Shown here piece after piece: positions 1 through 9,263 of a stretch of DNA of 30,553 bases. The position numbers and the translations under genes were made by a program. The DNA comes from Clostridia bacterium. Lineage in GTDB: Bacteria > Bacillota > Clostridia > Christensenellales > Borkfalkiaceae. Position 1 is the first letter of the stretch, and every line of letters starts with the position of its first letter. The DNA lies in the NCBI GenBank assembly GCA_017503885.1, contig JAFVSF010000204.1:1-30553 (forward strand). Reading direction: 5' to 3'. Below the pieces are notes generated by a model. That model made no database searches, had not been told where the DNA came from, and was given only the letters and a program-made list of their open reading frames with translations.

Positions 1-1385
1 CTATAAGTAATTAAAGTCGTAACAAGTTCGTCGTAAGCATCTCTGGATGCTTGTGAGAGAGCTCTGTTTTGTGCTTTAGTTTGTTCACTGCCGGAAATAC
101 CGGATATTACACCTACGATTGTACCAACGATTGCACCGGCTAATGCACCCCAACCTCCGCCAAATTTAGCACCAATTAATGCTCCTGAGCCTATAGAAGC
201 ACCCGTAGTTAAAATACCTTGCCACCAAATATCACCGTTACTTACAGCAGCAGATGCGTTGTTTGCAAGATACTTACCTAAGTCGTCTAAACTCATACCG
301 AGCTCGTCCTCAATGTCTGCAGTAATGCCGAGTTGGTCAGTAAGTTTTCCAATTTCCTTAGTTAAATCAGTAAACTCAGTTGTAATTTCCTTAGCATCTC
401 TGCCGGAACTTTGAGCAACTTTGCGATTTAATTCCGTTAACTTACTAGTAAATCCAGAATACATTTTATCTACTTCCGATTTGCTCAAACCGCCAAATCT
501 TTCCATAAACGTATACTTTTCGTCAGTAGAAGTTAAACCGACCATCGTCTTAAACGAACCGAGATTACTTCCTGCTTCGGTATAATCATAAGGATTGTAA
601 GATTGAGACCAATCGTAAAGTTCTTGATTGTTTTCAGCAAGCCATTGTCCAAAACTTATACCTCTGCCTTCATATGCAAGTTGGTTAATCATTTGGTCGA
701 AGAAGTCTGCACCTTTAATAGTTAAATTACCGGACTCGTCATACAAGCCAGTCCATTGCTTTTTAGTATTACCAAACTCGTCAGTAATTTCTTCGTAAGC
801 ACCGTAATTAGCAATTTCTTCCCAGGATTTAAGCTCTCGTTCGCCAGTAAGATTTCCTACCTCGTCCTTAACTTCCTTCGTATAACGTTTCCACATTTCT
901 TCGTTATAGAAAATGTTTTCGGATTGTTCGCCTTCTCCGTATTGTTCAAATACGTATTGCAAATATTGGTAAGGAGTGTTAGCAAAATCTCTAATATATT
1001 CTGCCTGTTCTGTTAAAGCATCGGTAACAGTTTGAGTTTGTTTTGCGGCGGCAGTTTCTATTTCTGCTACGCCGGACAAATAATTTTGTTTATAAGCGTT
1101 ATATGCCTCTTCTAATGCAATGTCAGTTTCTTCCATTGCTGCAGCTTTATAACCTTCACCTAAATTACTTGCTGCGATTCCTTGATTAGAACGATAGGCC
1201 GAAGCATAAGCCTCAGCCATCGCACCGGAATAATCTTGCTCAAGTTGTCCTAATTGTTTTTGTTTTGCATAATCAATAGAGCCGTATAAGTCTTCCCAAG
1301 TTTTACGTCCGTAATAATCTCGGTTGGCCTCAGCAAGTTGTGATTTAATACTTCCAGTATCATATATCATACCGTATTGAGCCAT
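1..1385 (-). CDS. Probable internal virion / DNA-ejection protein; partial, at least 461 aa, runs off the window start
   Basis: Not in the ORF track; read by hand. The ATG at 1385-1383 overlaps the upstream TAA (TAATG coupling), and the frame is open to base 1: MAQYGMIYDTGSIKSQLAEANRDYYGRKTWEDLYGSIDYAKQKQLGQLEQDY...WWQGILTTGASIGSGALIGAKFGGGWGALAGAIVGTIVGVISGISGSEQTKAQN... It is helical and Ala/Gln-rich with a glycine-zipper hydrophobic segment. It lies directly after the tail tubular genes, where podoviruses place ejection proteins. Confidence 0.7.
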   Translation of the reverse strand, partial: MAQYGMIYDTGSIKSQLAEANRDYYGRKTWEDLYGSIDYAKQKQLGQLEQDYSGAMAEAYASAYRSNQGIAASNLGEGYKAAAMEETDIALEEAYNAYKQNYLSGVAEIETAAAKQTQTVTDALTEQAEYIRDFANTPYQYLQYVFEQYGEGEQSENIFYNEEMWKRYTKEVKDEVGNLTGERELKSWEEIANYGAYEEITDEFGNTKKQWTGLYDESGNLTIKGADFFDQMINQLAYEGRGISFGQWLAENNQELYDWSQSYNPYDYTEAGSNLGSFKTMVGLTSTDEKYTFMERFGGLSKSEVDKMYSGFTSKLTELNRKVAQSSGRDAKEITTEFTDLTKEIGKLTDQLGITADIEDELGMSLDDLGKYLANNASAAVSNGDIWWQGILTTGASIGSGALIGAKFGGGWGALAGAIVGTIVGVISGISGSEQTKAQNRALSQASRDAYDELVTTLITY

Positions 1386-4300
1386 TATCTTACTTGACCT
1401 CCTATTTTATATTTTATAGTTATACTATTCAAACTTAACGGTATTTCGATAGCATTTTCTTCGTCGGAAGATAATTGATATTGGAACTCGTTAACTTTTG
1501 AATAATTAAGTCTTTGTACAAAAGTTCGTATAGTTTCTACTTTGTAATTTACATTTACAAAATCGTCAGGTTCATTTATGTTGCCATTTACTTTCTTACG
1601 ATAACAATTAACCTGCAACTTAAAATCTGGCTCATTTATATTATATTCCGTATTTTGCAAAATGTTACTGTCGTGAACCGATACAAAAGTTATGTTACTT
1701 ACATGTTTGTAATTATTTAACGCACTTAAATGTAACTTTTGACTTTTAACAAACCAGTCTATCTTTATACGTTTTTTACCGTCGTAATCAAAATAGTTAG
1801 TATCAAGTTTATTTAATTCGTATATTTTACCGTTGCTAAGTAATTTGACTGAGTCGTTGATATTTACAAATTTGACTGAGTCGTTGATACCACTAACAGG
1901 CCACCAAGAATTATTTCGTATGTCAAAAATAAAACCTTTATTACTATCTTGCTTGTAAATAACAATCCAATAGCCGAACTTAAACAGTTTGATTTGGTTA
2001 GTAGATTTAGGTTCAGTAATATAATTTATAAATACACCGTAAATAGTATCGGACAAATAGGTAAGTGACTGTTCAGTACTTGCAATAAAGTCTTGATAAC
2101 TCATAGCAACAAGACCACGACTACTTGCAAAGACTGTATACTTGCCGTCAAAAGTAGTTAATACGTCGGAGCCTTTTTTGCAACCTACTTGCAATTTTGA
2201 CTTATAGTATCTGTATACACCTTGCTCGCCTGCGATAACTGTTTCCGTATCAAATAGTGAATACCAAATTTCGTTTTCAAAAAATACTGCGACTTCAGTA
2301 TTAGAGATTGGTTGCAAATTAGTAATACTGTTATCAAACGTTTGTTTGGAAACTTCAGGAAAATACCATTTGAACTCGCCAGTTTCACTATTTACAAGTT
2401 TAGAAACATAAAGTTCGTTTCCTTTTCCTAAGTAATAGTTTTCTAATAAAGCATCTACTTCCGGCAAAATGAAATTAGTTTCGCCTTTCGTAGTTTCAGT
2501 AACTTCTATTACTTGTTCAGTATTTGAAACATACAATGCATTTTCAGTCGCAAGATAAATACAGTCAAATTTGTTTCCTGAGTAAAAATGTCCTACTGGT
2601 AAACAGTTAAACAATAATTTTATAGGAGTATATTCCGCCGAAGTATTAGTATAATCTACAAAATCAAATAAATATTTGTTTGTCAGCAAATAAGTTTGAG
2701 GGTCACTTAAAATTAAGCTTTGATTATAAAAGTCTTCTGCAGTAGTATAGTCCTCTGTAAAAATCGGGTTAGTTACTTTAGTAGCATTTGCAACAAGATT
2801 GCTAGTTTCACTTAACTGAATTGTATATACGTAAATAGACTGCTTGTCATCATCTCGTATAAATCTTACAAAAGTATATCTACCATCGTATGTTATACAA
2901 GTATCACGAATAGGAGTTCTTACATTAGTTCTGGAACCGTAAGTATGGTAATCAAGCATTTCTGCAGTTTCTCCAGAGCCGTCTCGTTCTATATGATAAA
3001 TTGCTCTGTAGTATGGAGCATATGGAGCACAATCTTTAAGTTGAACCATAAAGTCAATTGCTACGGATAGCTTTCCTTGTTGCATATTAACATATAAGTT
3101 AGGCATATAGTTATCAGTGTTTGCAAAATAAGCTTTATTTCCAAAAGACGTTGGCAATTTTACGCCTGTGTCCGACGTAGAACCGGAAATACTTTTAGCC
3201 GTAATTACAATATTTTGATAATACTTATAATATGTAATGCCGGCGATAGTGTAGCTGCCGTCTGCTTTGGACTCTATTTTATAAGTAAAATACGAGTCGC
3301 TAAAAGTATGACTATTGTAAGCAGTAATATTTGTAGACGTTCCGCTTATTGGCTCGTATTTAGTTTTTGTAAATGAAATATCTTTATTTACAATAGTATT
3401 TCCTTCACTATCAGTTATTGTCAAATGACCTTTCAAAGTCATATCGCCCCAAGTAGGACCTAAAACGGAAGATGTAGTCGTAGTATACTTTTGAGTTACT
3501 ACAAGGTTAGTTAATGTCGCGGTGGCAGTTATACTTGAACCATCGTTACGAGTGTAAGAAAAAGTTTTGTCTGTTATATTGTTAGATGTTGCAGTATGAT
3601 TTATAGTACCCAGACCAGTATTTGTCTCAGTAAATGCAAGTTTAGTAGTACTTGCAGAAGTTTTCGGAGTATACGAATATGATGTTCCTGCAATAGTATA
3701 AAAAATTTGCTTTCTATAAATTCCTGAGCCATTGCCGTATACACAATAAAAATTCCTGTAAGTTGGGTCGCCGGAACTATACGCTAAATTATCTGCATAA
3801 GTGAATGCAAAAACAGTATCGTCACGGAAATAACCATTTACCTGAGTAGTTTGGTTAAACGTTGTTCCAGACGTATTAGTGCTATTCAAATGAAAGCCTG
3901 CCGAAACCCAGTTATCATAAGTACTTTCACTTATTGTTTGCAATAAGTTAGTCCAAGCATTGTACTTTTTAGTTCCTGCCAAATCTCCGGTTGTATCTAA
4001 CAAACTGTAAACCCAAGGACCATCGTCACGGAAAATAAAAGCATAAAAACCATCCCTGCTTATTTTAGGCATGCCAATTATGCCATCTTTAACAGGAACA
4101 CGATTAAAACTTATGCCGTCTATCGTATGATAAATAGTCCACTCAATAGTAGGTTTCTTACTGTCTTCGTCAATGACGTAGTTGTATGAACAAATTAACA
4201 TACTCTCGCGTTCCGATACTTGAACGAGTGGTGTGCCTTCGCCATAACGTCCAAATATTTTGTCGTCTGCAAAATTGTATTTTGACAGTCCAGTGTATCT

Positions 4301-5029
4301 GCCTACGAAAGCAATTTCATTATTATATGCAAAGTTTATAGTATAGGTTGTTCCGTCTATTTCTACCGTTACGTCCTTTCCTACAAGATTGTTAAAGTTA
4401 ATATCCGTAGTTTTATTGTACAAATATTTAGTAGCATAAGATTTAGTTAAAACATTAGGACTTTCTAATTGTTTTGTAGTATCACCAGACACAGCTGTAG
4501 TAGTAGGAACATAAATAAAATCTTTTGCACTTGCGTAAATATTTTCTTTAATATCGTAGTAATTAAAGTCATGCTCTGCAAAAATGAATATTTTATTGTC
4601 TGCAAGAATAGGGCGAATTTCCTTGTATACTTGCTCGTCTCCGTTATCGTCAGTATACTTTAGTTCTACTTGAATATGGTCCTCTACGTTTTTATTTACA
4701 AAAGTTAAATAATACTTTCCGTTTGAAGTAGATTTATAAACGACCACGTCACCAAACGTCCAAATATTTACGATGTTAGATAACGTATATTCTTCGCCTG
4801 CGTTAGTATATTTTACAGTTTTTACTTTCAAAGAAGGCCTACTTCTAAGTAAACCTTCGGAGTCAATATAGACGTTTTTACAATCGGAAAAAGTTTCTTG
4901 GTCTACGGCTAAAACATTTTTGTTGTCAGTCAAACCTTTCCAGTTGTAATGATTAAAAAAGTAATTTTTAACATCATTGCCGCTAGGAGTATTTACTTGA
5001 ACTGGCGGCCTATTAAAAGTTCTTGCCAT
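1385..5029 (-). CDS. Tail tubular protein B / nozzle (stabilisation-protein-like), ~1214 aa
   Basis: The N-terminus NWKGLTDNKNVLAVDQETFSDCKNVYIDSEGLLRSRP fits the N-terminal pattern of podovirus nozzle/stabilisation proteins. The protein is beta-rich throughout and follows a tubular-A-like gene. The start is moved to ATG 5029 (GGAG 7 nt upstream, TAATG overlap); the track start at 5035 is a TTG. Confidence 0.65.
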   Translation of the reverse strand: MARTFNRPPVQVNTPSGNDVKNYFFNHYNWKGLTDNKNVLAVDQETFSDCKNVYIDSEGLLRSRPSLKVKTVKYTNAGEEYTLSNIVNIWTFGDVVVYKSTSNGKYYLTFVNKNVEDHIQVELKYTDDNGDEQVYKEIRPILADNKIFIFAEHDFNYYDIKENIYASAKDFIYVPTTTAVSGDTTKQLESPNVLTKSYATKYLYNKTTDINFNNLVGKDVTVEIDGTTYTINFAYNNEIAFVGRYTGLSKYNFADDKIFGRYGEGTPLVQVSERESMLICSYNYVIDEDSKKPTIEWTIYHTIDGISFNRVPVKDGIIGMPKISRDGFYAFIFRDDGPWVYSLLDTTGDLAGTKKYNAWTNLLQTISESTYDNWVSAGFHLNSTNTSGTTFNQTTQVNGYFRDDTVFAFTYADNLAYSSGDPTYRNFYCVYGNGSGIYRKQIFYTIAGTSYSYTPKTSASTTKLAFTETNTGLGTINHTATSNNITDKTFSYTRNDGSSITATATLTNLVVTQKYTTTTSSVLGPTWGDMTLKGHLTITDSEGNTIVNKDISFTKTKYEPISGTSTNITAYNSHTFSDSYFTYKIESKADGSYTIAGITYYKYYQNIVITAKSISGSTSDTGVKLPTSFGNKAYFANTDNYMPNLYVNMQQGKLSVAIDFMVQLKDCAPYAPYYRAIYHIERDGSGETAEMLDYHTYGSRTNVRTPIRDTCITYDGRYTFVRFIRDDDKQSIYVYTIQLSETSNLVANATKVTNPIFTEDYTTAEDFYNQSLILSDPQTYLLTNKYLFDFVDYTNTSAEYTPIKLLFNCLPVGHFYSGNKFDCIYLATENALYVSNTEQVIEVTETTKGETNFILPEVDALLENYYLGKGNELYVSKLVNSETGEFKWYFPEVSKQTFDNSITNLQPISNTEVAVFFENEIWYSLFDTETVIAGEQGVYRYYKSKLQVGCKKGSDVLTTFDGKYTVFASSRGLVAMSYQDFIASTEQSLTYLSDTIYGVFINYITEPKSTNQIKLFKFGYWIVIYKQDSNKGFIFDIRNNSWWPVSGINDSVKFVNINDSVKLLSNGKIYELNKLDTNYFDYDGKKRIKIDWFVKSQKLHLSALNNYKHVSNITFVSVHDSNILQNTEYNINEPDFKLQVNCYRKKVNGNINEPDDFVNVNYKVETIRTFVQRLNYSKVNEFQYQLSSDEENAIEIPLSLNSITIKYKIGGQVR
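1842..1889. repeat. 21-bp direct repeat with a 27-nt period (in-frame INDSVK duplication)
   Basis: aatttgactgagtcgttgata occurs at 1842-1862 and 1869-1889. The protein reads GINDSVKFVNINDSVKLLS. Confidence 0.9.
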
Positions 5030-5634
5030 TACCAATCTCCTTCTATCTTAATTGTTTTAGTATTCTTAAAGTTAGTATTATCTATTCTTGAAAGCATTAT
5101 TTCGTATTCATTTCTAAATACAGATGCTTTATACTCATCGTCAATCTTGTAACATTGACTTGCAATATAAGAAGGAATACATTCAAGTATATCGTTAGGA
5201 ATATCTATTACTTCGTTATCCGATAAACTTTTGTTAAATGTATACCATCTTGCATTGTAGGAAATAAAGTAATTTCCAGGGTGCTTAAATACAAGTTGAT
5301 TATATCCTAAGTATTCATAATCGTCGTCGTGAAGTTCTTGTTTTACAGCTCGAATATCACCTTGCCAATTACGTTCTTCTACAAGTTGATAACAAACGTC
5401 GTCACCAAAACTTACAAAGTCCGAAGGCATAGATTTTGCTACTCCTACGTCACTTGCAGTTATTACAAAATTTGCAAAAGTATATTTAGGTTTAATAGAC
5501 GAGCAAACTTGTGTAATTACTTCATTTGCATAAAACGGAAATCGACTGAGCAAATTTTGCACAGTCGCTTCAGGTTCCTCTAAATCTAACTTTGATAAAC
5601 TTACGTCTTTTATATATCCCCAAGTATATGCCAT
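5029..5634 (-). CDS. Tail tubular protein A / head-tail adaptor-like, 201 aa
   Basis: Likely start is MAYTWG at 5634, with GGAGGT 5 nt upstream; the track's 23-aa extension runs through a hairpin. The position between MCP and nozzle, the size, and the helical N- and C-terminal segments are typical of adaptors. Confidence 0.6.
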   Translation of the reverse strand: MAYTWGYIKDVSLSKLDLEEPEATVQNLLSRFPFYANEVITQVCSSIKPKYTFANFVITASDVGVAKSMPSDFVSFGDDVCYQLVEERNWQGDIRAVKQELHDDDYEYLGYNQLVFKHPGNYFISYNARWYTFNKSLSDNEVIDIPNDILECIPSYIASQCYKIDDEYKASVFRNEYEIMLSRIDNTNFKNTKTIKIEGDW

Positions 5635-5691
5635 ATTTACCTCCACACAATTGCCGGAATTGAACCGGCTGTTTCCTTTATTGTGATATAA

Positions 5692-5721
5692 ACTTACCGC
5701 CATGTAAGTATAGCGGTAAGT
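5692..5721 (-). terminator. Hairpin just downstream of the major capsid gene (terminator/attenuator or stabilising hairpin)
   Basis: Perfect 9-bp inverted repeat ACTTACCGC / GCGGTAAGT (5692-5700, 5713-5721), followed by TTTAT on the minus strand. Confidence 0.55.
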
Positions 5722-5732
5722 CTTTAGTCAGC

Positions 5733-6941
5733 TTATGCTTGTTCTTTAGTAGCTACAGTACCAACAACAGATACGGGTTTTACGATAGTTGCAGTAGGAG
5801 TAATTCTCGTGTAGTTAGCCACGTTATCCCAACCTGCAGCATTACCAGGAGTACCGAGTCTTACGTAAGTAATACCTCTCCAGCTAGCACAGTTGATGTC
5901 AAATCTTTGTCTACCTTCGTATTTAATACCTTTAGGAGCTTCTCTCTTTTCAAAAGCATCAAGAGTGAAAGGAATACGTTCGGTAAGTTCAAGACCGTGA
6001 TTTTCTTCGTTGTATGCTTTATCTACAATGAAGAAACCGTTGCCATCTTTACACATGTCAATGTCAAGATAGTAAGGCGAAGTTTTAACCATTGCACGAG
6101 ATTTTGCAGGGTTCGGGAACTTCGTTTCGCCTTGCATAAATACATCAGTAGAAACTGCAGTTTCAAGAGCTGCTTTAAGATGTGCATCGTTACCTGCAAC
6201 AATGGTTTTAGCACCGAGAACACCTGCACGTTTGCCGTTGTCGTCTCTGTAATTTTCCATAGTAGTGATAACTTGGTTAATTACGTCTGCAAGTTTGGAA
6301 ATTTGGCCTGCGTCATTGCCGCCAATTTCAAGGTCTTCAGTTGCAACATAGAACAAGTTAGATTGAGTAACAGGAGTACCGCCTTCTCTCTTAACAGTCT
6401 TGTGATTTTTAGTGAACAACGGGTTCTTCGTAGAGTTCATTACATCTCCGTCAACAGTGTCTGCAGAGTTCAAACGAAGTCTGGATTTACCGTCGCCGTT
6501 TTCCCAGTAGTAATCTTCACCAAAACCGCCTGCAAGGGATGCAATAGCATATTCTACGATATCGCCGTGCCATCTCTTAACAAATGCAGATGCGTCGTCT
6601 TTAACTCTACGAACTTGACCGTCTTCGAGAACTTGCTGAGAAATAATAAAACCGCCCTGGAAAGTTCTCGTTCTGTAAGTTGCAGAGAAACCTTCAGCCG
6701 TATTGAAAATAGGACCTACGGAATAGTCTGCAGTTTCTGCAAATGCATGGTCAAAACCGATGCTGGAAGTATAAGTTTCTTGGAAACTTGCAAGAGAACC
6801 TCTGCTAAAAATGAAGTCGATGGGGTTTTCTTTTTCCCAAGCTTCTTGCTGATTACGCATCATAGCGTGGAGAGGTTCTTTCAAAATGTTGTAATCGGAA
6901 CGAAGTTTAAGAGCTTCGTCAATGTTAATAATCATACCCAT
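5733..6941 (-). CDS. Major capsid protein (HK97 fold, Mu gpT-like), 402 aa
   Basis: AAGGAGG RBS and strong high-expression codon bias. The segment YRTRTFQGGFIISQQVLEDG resembles Mu-gpT-type capsids. It sits in a scaffold-decoration-capsid-adaptor context. Confidence 0.75.
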   Translation of the reverse strand: MGMIINIDEALKLRSDYNILKEPLHAMMRNQQEAWEKENPIDFIFSRGSLASFQETYTSSIGFDHAFAETADYSVGPIFNTAEGFSATYRTRTFQGGFIISQQVLEDGQVRRVKDDASAFVKRWHGDIVEYAIASLAGGFGEDYYWENGDGKSRLRLNSADTVDGDVMNSTKNPLFTKNHKTVKREGGTPVTQSNLFYVATEDLEIGGNDAGQISKLADVINQVITTMENYRDDNGKRAGVLGAKTIVAGNDAHLKAALETAVSTDVFMQGETKFPNPAKSRAMVKTSPYYLDIDMCKDGNGFFIVDKAYNEENHGLELTERIPFTLDAFEKREAPKGIKYEGRQRFDINCASWRGITYVRLGTPGNAAGWDNVANYTRITPTATIVKPVSVVGTVATKEQA

Positions 6942-6960
6942 AATATAAATGCCTCCTTAA

Positions 6961-7479
6961 TTATGCTTCGTCGTCGTAAACAATTACGTCGTTTTCTACG
7001 ATAGCAAACAATGCTACCTTTTTAATTTCTGCAGTTACGTTAGAATTGCTCCAAGTGCTACCGTTGGAAGTATACTTGGTATATTTGCCATTCAACTTAA
7101 CCAAAATCGTGTGACCACTCGTGCCGTTTCCGAGTTCAGTCGTTGCTGCATCAAGCGAGTCATAGAAACCATCAAAGTTAGCAAGAGGGTCTACACCGTC
7201 AATACTTGCTTTTACTTCAGGATTGTATCTATAATCTCTGTCCTCAACAGGAATGTGACCATACTCCATCGTTTGGTCAGACTGTGCAATAATGTGGCTG
7301 CCGAGTTCTTTTGCTTCACCTACAGTATTTGCAGATACTGCTTCTACTACTGCAAGACCGTCCTGATAGAAGTCTACAGTTACTACTTGGCCTACTTCCA
7401 AAGGGTCGCCTGCAACAACTACTGCGCTAACAGGAATTTCACGTTGGTCGTATGCCGTTCTAAATTTTGCTTTGTACAT
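6961..7479 (-). CDS. Probable capsid decoration/cement protein, 172 aa
   Basis: Lies between scaffold and MCP with an AAGGAG RBS. It is beta-rich and has a LEVGQVV...HIIAQSDQT pattern typical of small head proteins. Confidence 0.5.
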   Translation of the reverse strand: MYKAKFRTAYDQREIPVSAVVVAGDPLEVGQVVTVDFYQDGLAVVEAVSANTVGEAKELGSHIIAQSDQTMEYGHIPVEDRDYRYNPEVKASIDGVDPLANFDGFYDSLDAATTELGNGTSGHTILVKLNGKYTKYTSNGSTWSNSNVTAEIKKVALFAIVENDVIVYDDEA

Positions 7480-7496
7480 ACTTTATATTCTCCTTT

Positions 7497-8246
7497 TTAA
7501 TTATTATCTACGGTCATTTTATTTAACTCATCGTCCGTCATATGAGGATGGAACTGTTTCCAGATAGCTTTTTCCTTGTCAGTCAATAAACGTTTAGTGT
7601 CTTGGCCTGGAGTGCCACCGCTCGGGTTTTGCAAATGTCCCGTGGAACCCTTACTCTGTTCACTTCTTATTTTAGTAATAAGTTTTTCTCCTTCCAATTC
7701 TAAGTAGGCAGCTTTTAGTGAACCTTTCGTTTTCCATAAATCAATAACTTCTTTTGGTAACTGAGCCAAGCTAGTTATTTCTCCATTAGTAAGTTTGTTG
7801 ATTTCAGCGAGTTCTCTTTCGCCAAACTCTTTAACTCGTTGTTTTCTGTATTCTTCTAACTCCTTAATTCTCGGGTCAGCCTCAATACGTTGTTTAACGA
7901 GTTCGTCAATGACTTCGGAACCTTGTTCCGGGTCAATTCCTTTTTCTTCAAGTTTCTTCGTTTCACGTTCCTTTATCATTTGTTCGTAAGACTCGTAACC
8001 TAAAGATTTAGCAATTGCCTCTCGCTCTTCTTGTCTAACTTTATCTGTAGACTCCTTCAAACGTTTAGCAAAAGCCTTAGTTTTGTCCACTTCCGGTTCA
8101 GCAGGTTTTTGTTCCTTACCTTCACCTTCGTCTGTTTGAGCTCCTGTTCCCTCCGCTGCAGGTGGTGTTTCCTGCTCCAATTCACCGTTGAACAATAGCT
8201 CAAGTTCAGCAACAGTGAATTCGTTAGCACCGTCAATTCCTGGCAT
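7497..8246 (-). CDS. Capsid scaffolding protein, ~249 aa
   Basis: Acidic flexible N-terminus (EQETPPAAEGTGAQTDEGEG), a KAFAKRLKE...REAIAK coiled coil, and a C-terminal LTDKEKAIWKQF...MTDDEL capsid-binding-like helix pair. Start is ATG 8246 behind GGAGG (the track start is 8285). Confidence 0.7.
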   Translation of the reverse strand: MPGIDGANEFTVAELELLFNGELEQETPPAAEGTGAQTDEGEGKEQKPAEPEVDKTKAFAKRLKESTDKVRQEEREAIAKSLGYESYEQMIKERETKKLEEKGIDPEQGSEVIDELVKQRIEADPRIKELEEYRKQRVKEFGERELAEINKLTNGEITSLAQLPKEVIDLWKTKGSLKAAYLELEGEKLITKIRSEQSKGSTGHLQNPSGGTPGQDTKRLLTDKEKAIWKQFHPHMTDDELNKMTVDNN

Positions 8247-8317
8247 AATAGCCTCCTGTAATGTTTTTAGGCGAGTTTCGGACATTACCCGTTTTGCAGC
8301 CTTTGTTGTATCATTAT

Positions 8318-8349
8318 ATTATATAAAAATAGAAACCTAATTGTTACCT
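8318..8349 (-). promoter_or_regulatory. Candidate late promoter, copy 3: AGGTAACA-N18-TATAAT (scaffold/capsid operon)
   Basis: AGGTAACA at 8349-8342, an 18-nt spacer, then TATAAT at 8323-8318. The same architecture occurs upstream of portal and terS. Confidence 0.65.
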
Positions 8350-8362
8350 TAGGTTTCTATTT
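8327..8362 (-). terminator. 14-bp perfect inverted repeat overlapping the upstream stop codon and the scaffold promoter
   Basis: aaatagaaacctaa (8327-8340) / ttaggtttctattt (8349-8362) with an 8-nt loop. The minus strand ends in a T-run (CTATTTTTAT). Confidence 0.55.
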
Positions 8363-9263
8363 CTTCTGTTACTGGAACGGGAGGCACATAGTCTAAATAC
8401 ATTTTAAGAATATCCGTTTTTCTCGTAATGTGATTTGCAACTGAAACTGTCATATCGTCATAACCATTGAAATAACTCATAAAGCTTCTTGCAAACATAT
8501 AAATTACTTTAAACAATACTCCAATTAACGACGCCCAACCCCAAGTAGTGATGTCTTTAATTACAATTAGCGACATAAGCATAGTAGATACGAGGTACTT
8601 AATAATTGACGAAACTAAAATACGTTTCTCCAATTCACTTTCGCCTCTACCGATATTCGTCGGGTCGCTAATATTTATGCTACTTAAAAGAATATTTACG
8701 TTTATTCCTTTAACTTTTGCTTTCTTTGCCAGTCTAATAGCTTTAATTTGTGCTTTAGTATATTTACCATCTATAAGTTCTTTCTTTGTCCAAGTTTTAA
8801 GAGCTGGATATTTTACGTCGTTTACAATAAATTCGTCGTTGAAATCGTCATAAGATATGCCTTCTTCTTTAAGTATAGACGTTCTTAAATTAACTAAAGC
8901 ATCTTCGTTATACTTTTCACAAAAAGGACCTAAATCTCTAATTTGTTTGCCGGATAAGCTATTTGCCAAATCACTGTAAGACTTGGCAATAGCTCCGAAC
9001 TTCTCAGTAGATTTACCTACGAATACCCCTTTTTTATACAAGTCCAAGGTAAGCAAAATCGTAGCAAGAAAGTAAGGTACCCAACTTACTACAAAGTCGC
9101 CTATATTCATAGTATTTAAGTCAATCAAATTAAATACGTCTAAACTTGCAAGAACTAACGCTGCTACTATTACAACTACAATAAAGTCAAAAGCAGATTT
9201 TTTAAGTTCCTTCATAGTTTGAGATTTTCCATATTGAATCGTATCTTCTACTGACTTTTTCAT
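8349..9263 (-). CDS. Integral membrane protein with ~4 TM segments, 304 aa
   Basis: Two hydrophobic pairs (FIVVVIVAALVLASL / FVVSWVPYFLATILL and ILVSSIIKYLVSTMLMSLIVI / WASLIGVLFKVIYMFA) flank a charged soluble domain. Confidence 0.7.
   Translation of the reverse strand: MKKSVEDTIQYGKSQTMKELKKSAFDFIVVVIVAALVLASLDVFNLIDLNTMNIGDFVVSWVPYFLATILLTLDLYKKGVFVGKSTEKFGAIAKSYSDLANSLSGKQIRDLGPFCEKYNEDALVNLRTSILKEEGISYDDFNDEFIVNDVKYPALKTWTKKELIDGKYTKAQIKAIRLAKKAKVKGINVNILLSSINISDPTNIGRGESELEKRILVSSIIKYLVSTMLMSLIVIKDITTWGWASLIGVLFKVIYMFARSFMSYFNGYDDMTVSVANHITRKTDILKMYLDYVPPVPVTEEIET

Noticed and set aside
5700-5760. Programmed frameshift or read-through extension of the MCP (T7 10B-like)
   Set aside because: There is no slippery heptamer before the TAA, and a second in-frame stop follows two codons later.
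5739-7004. 421-aa plus-strand ORF antisense to the major capsid gene
   Set aside because: It shadows the MCP codon for codon. High-expression codon bias removes antisense stops, it has no RBS, and its composition (Ser/Phe/Val/Cys-rich) is unnatural.
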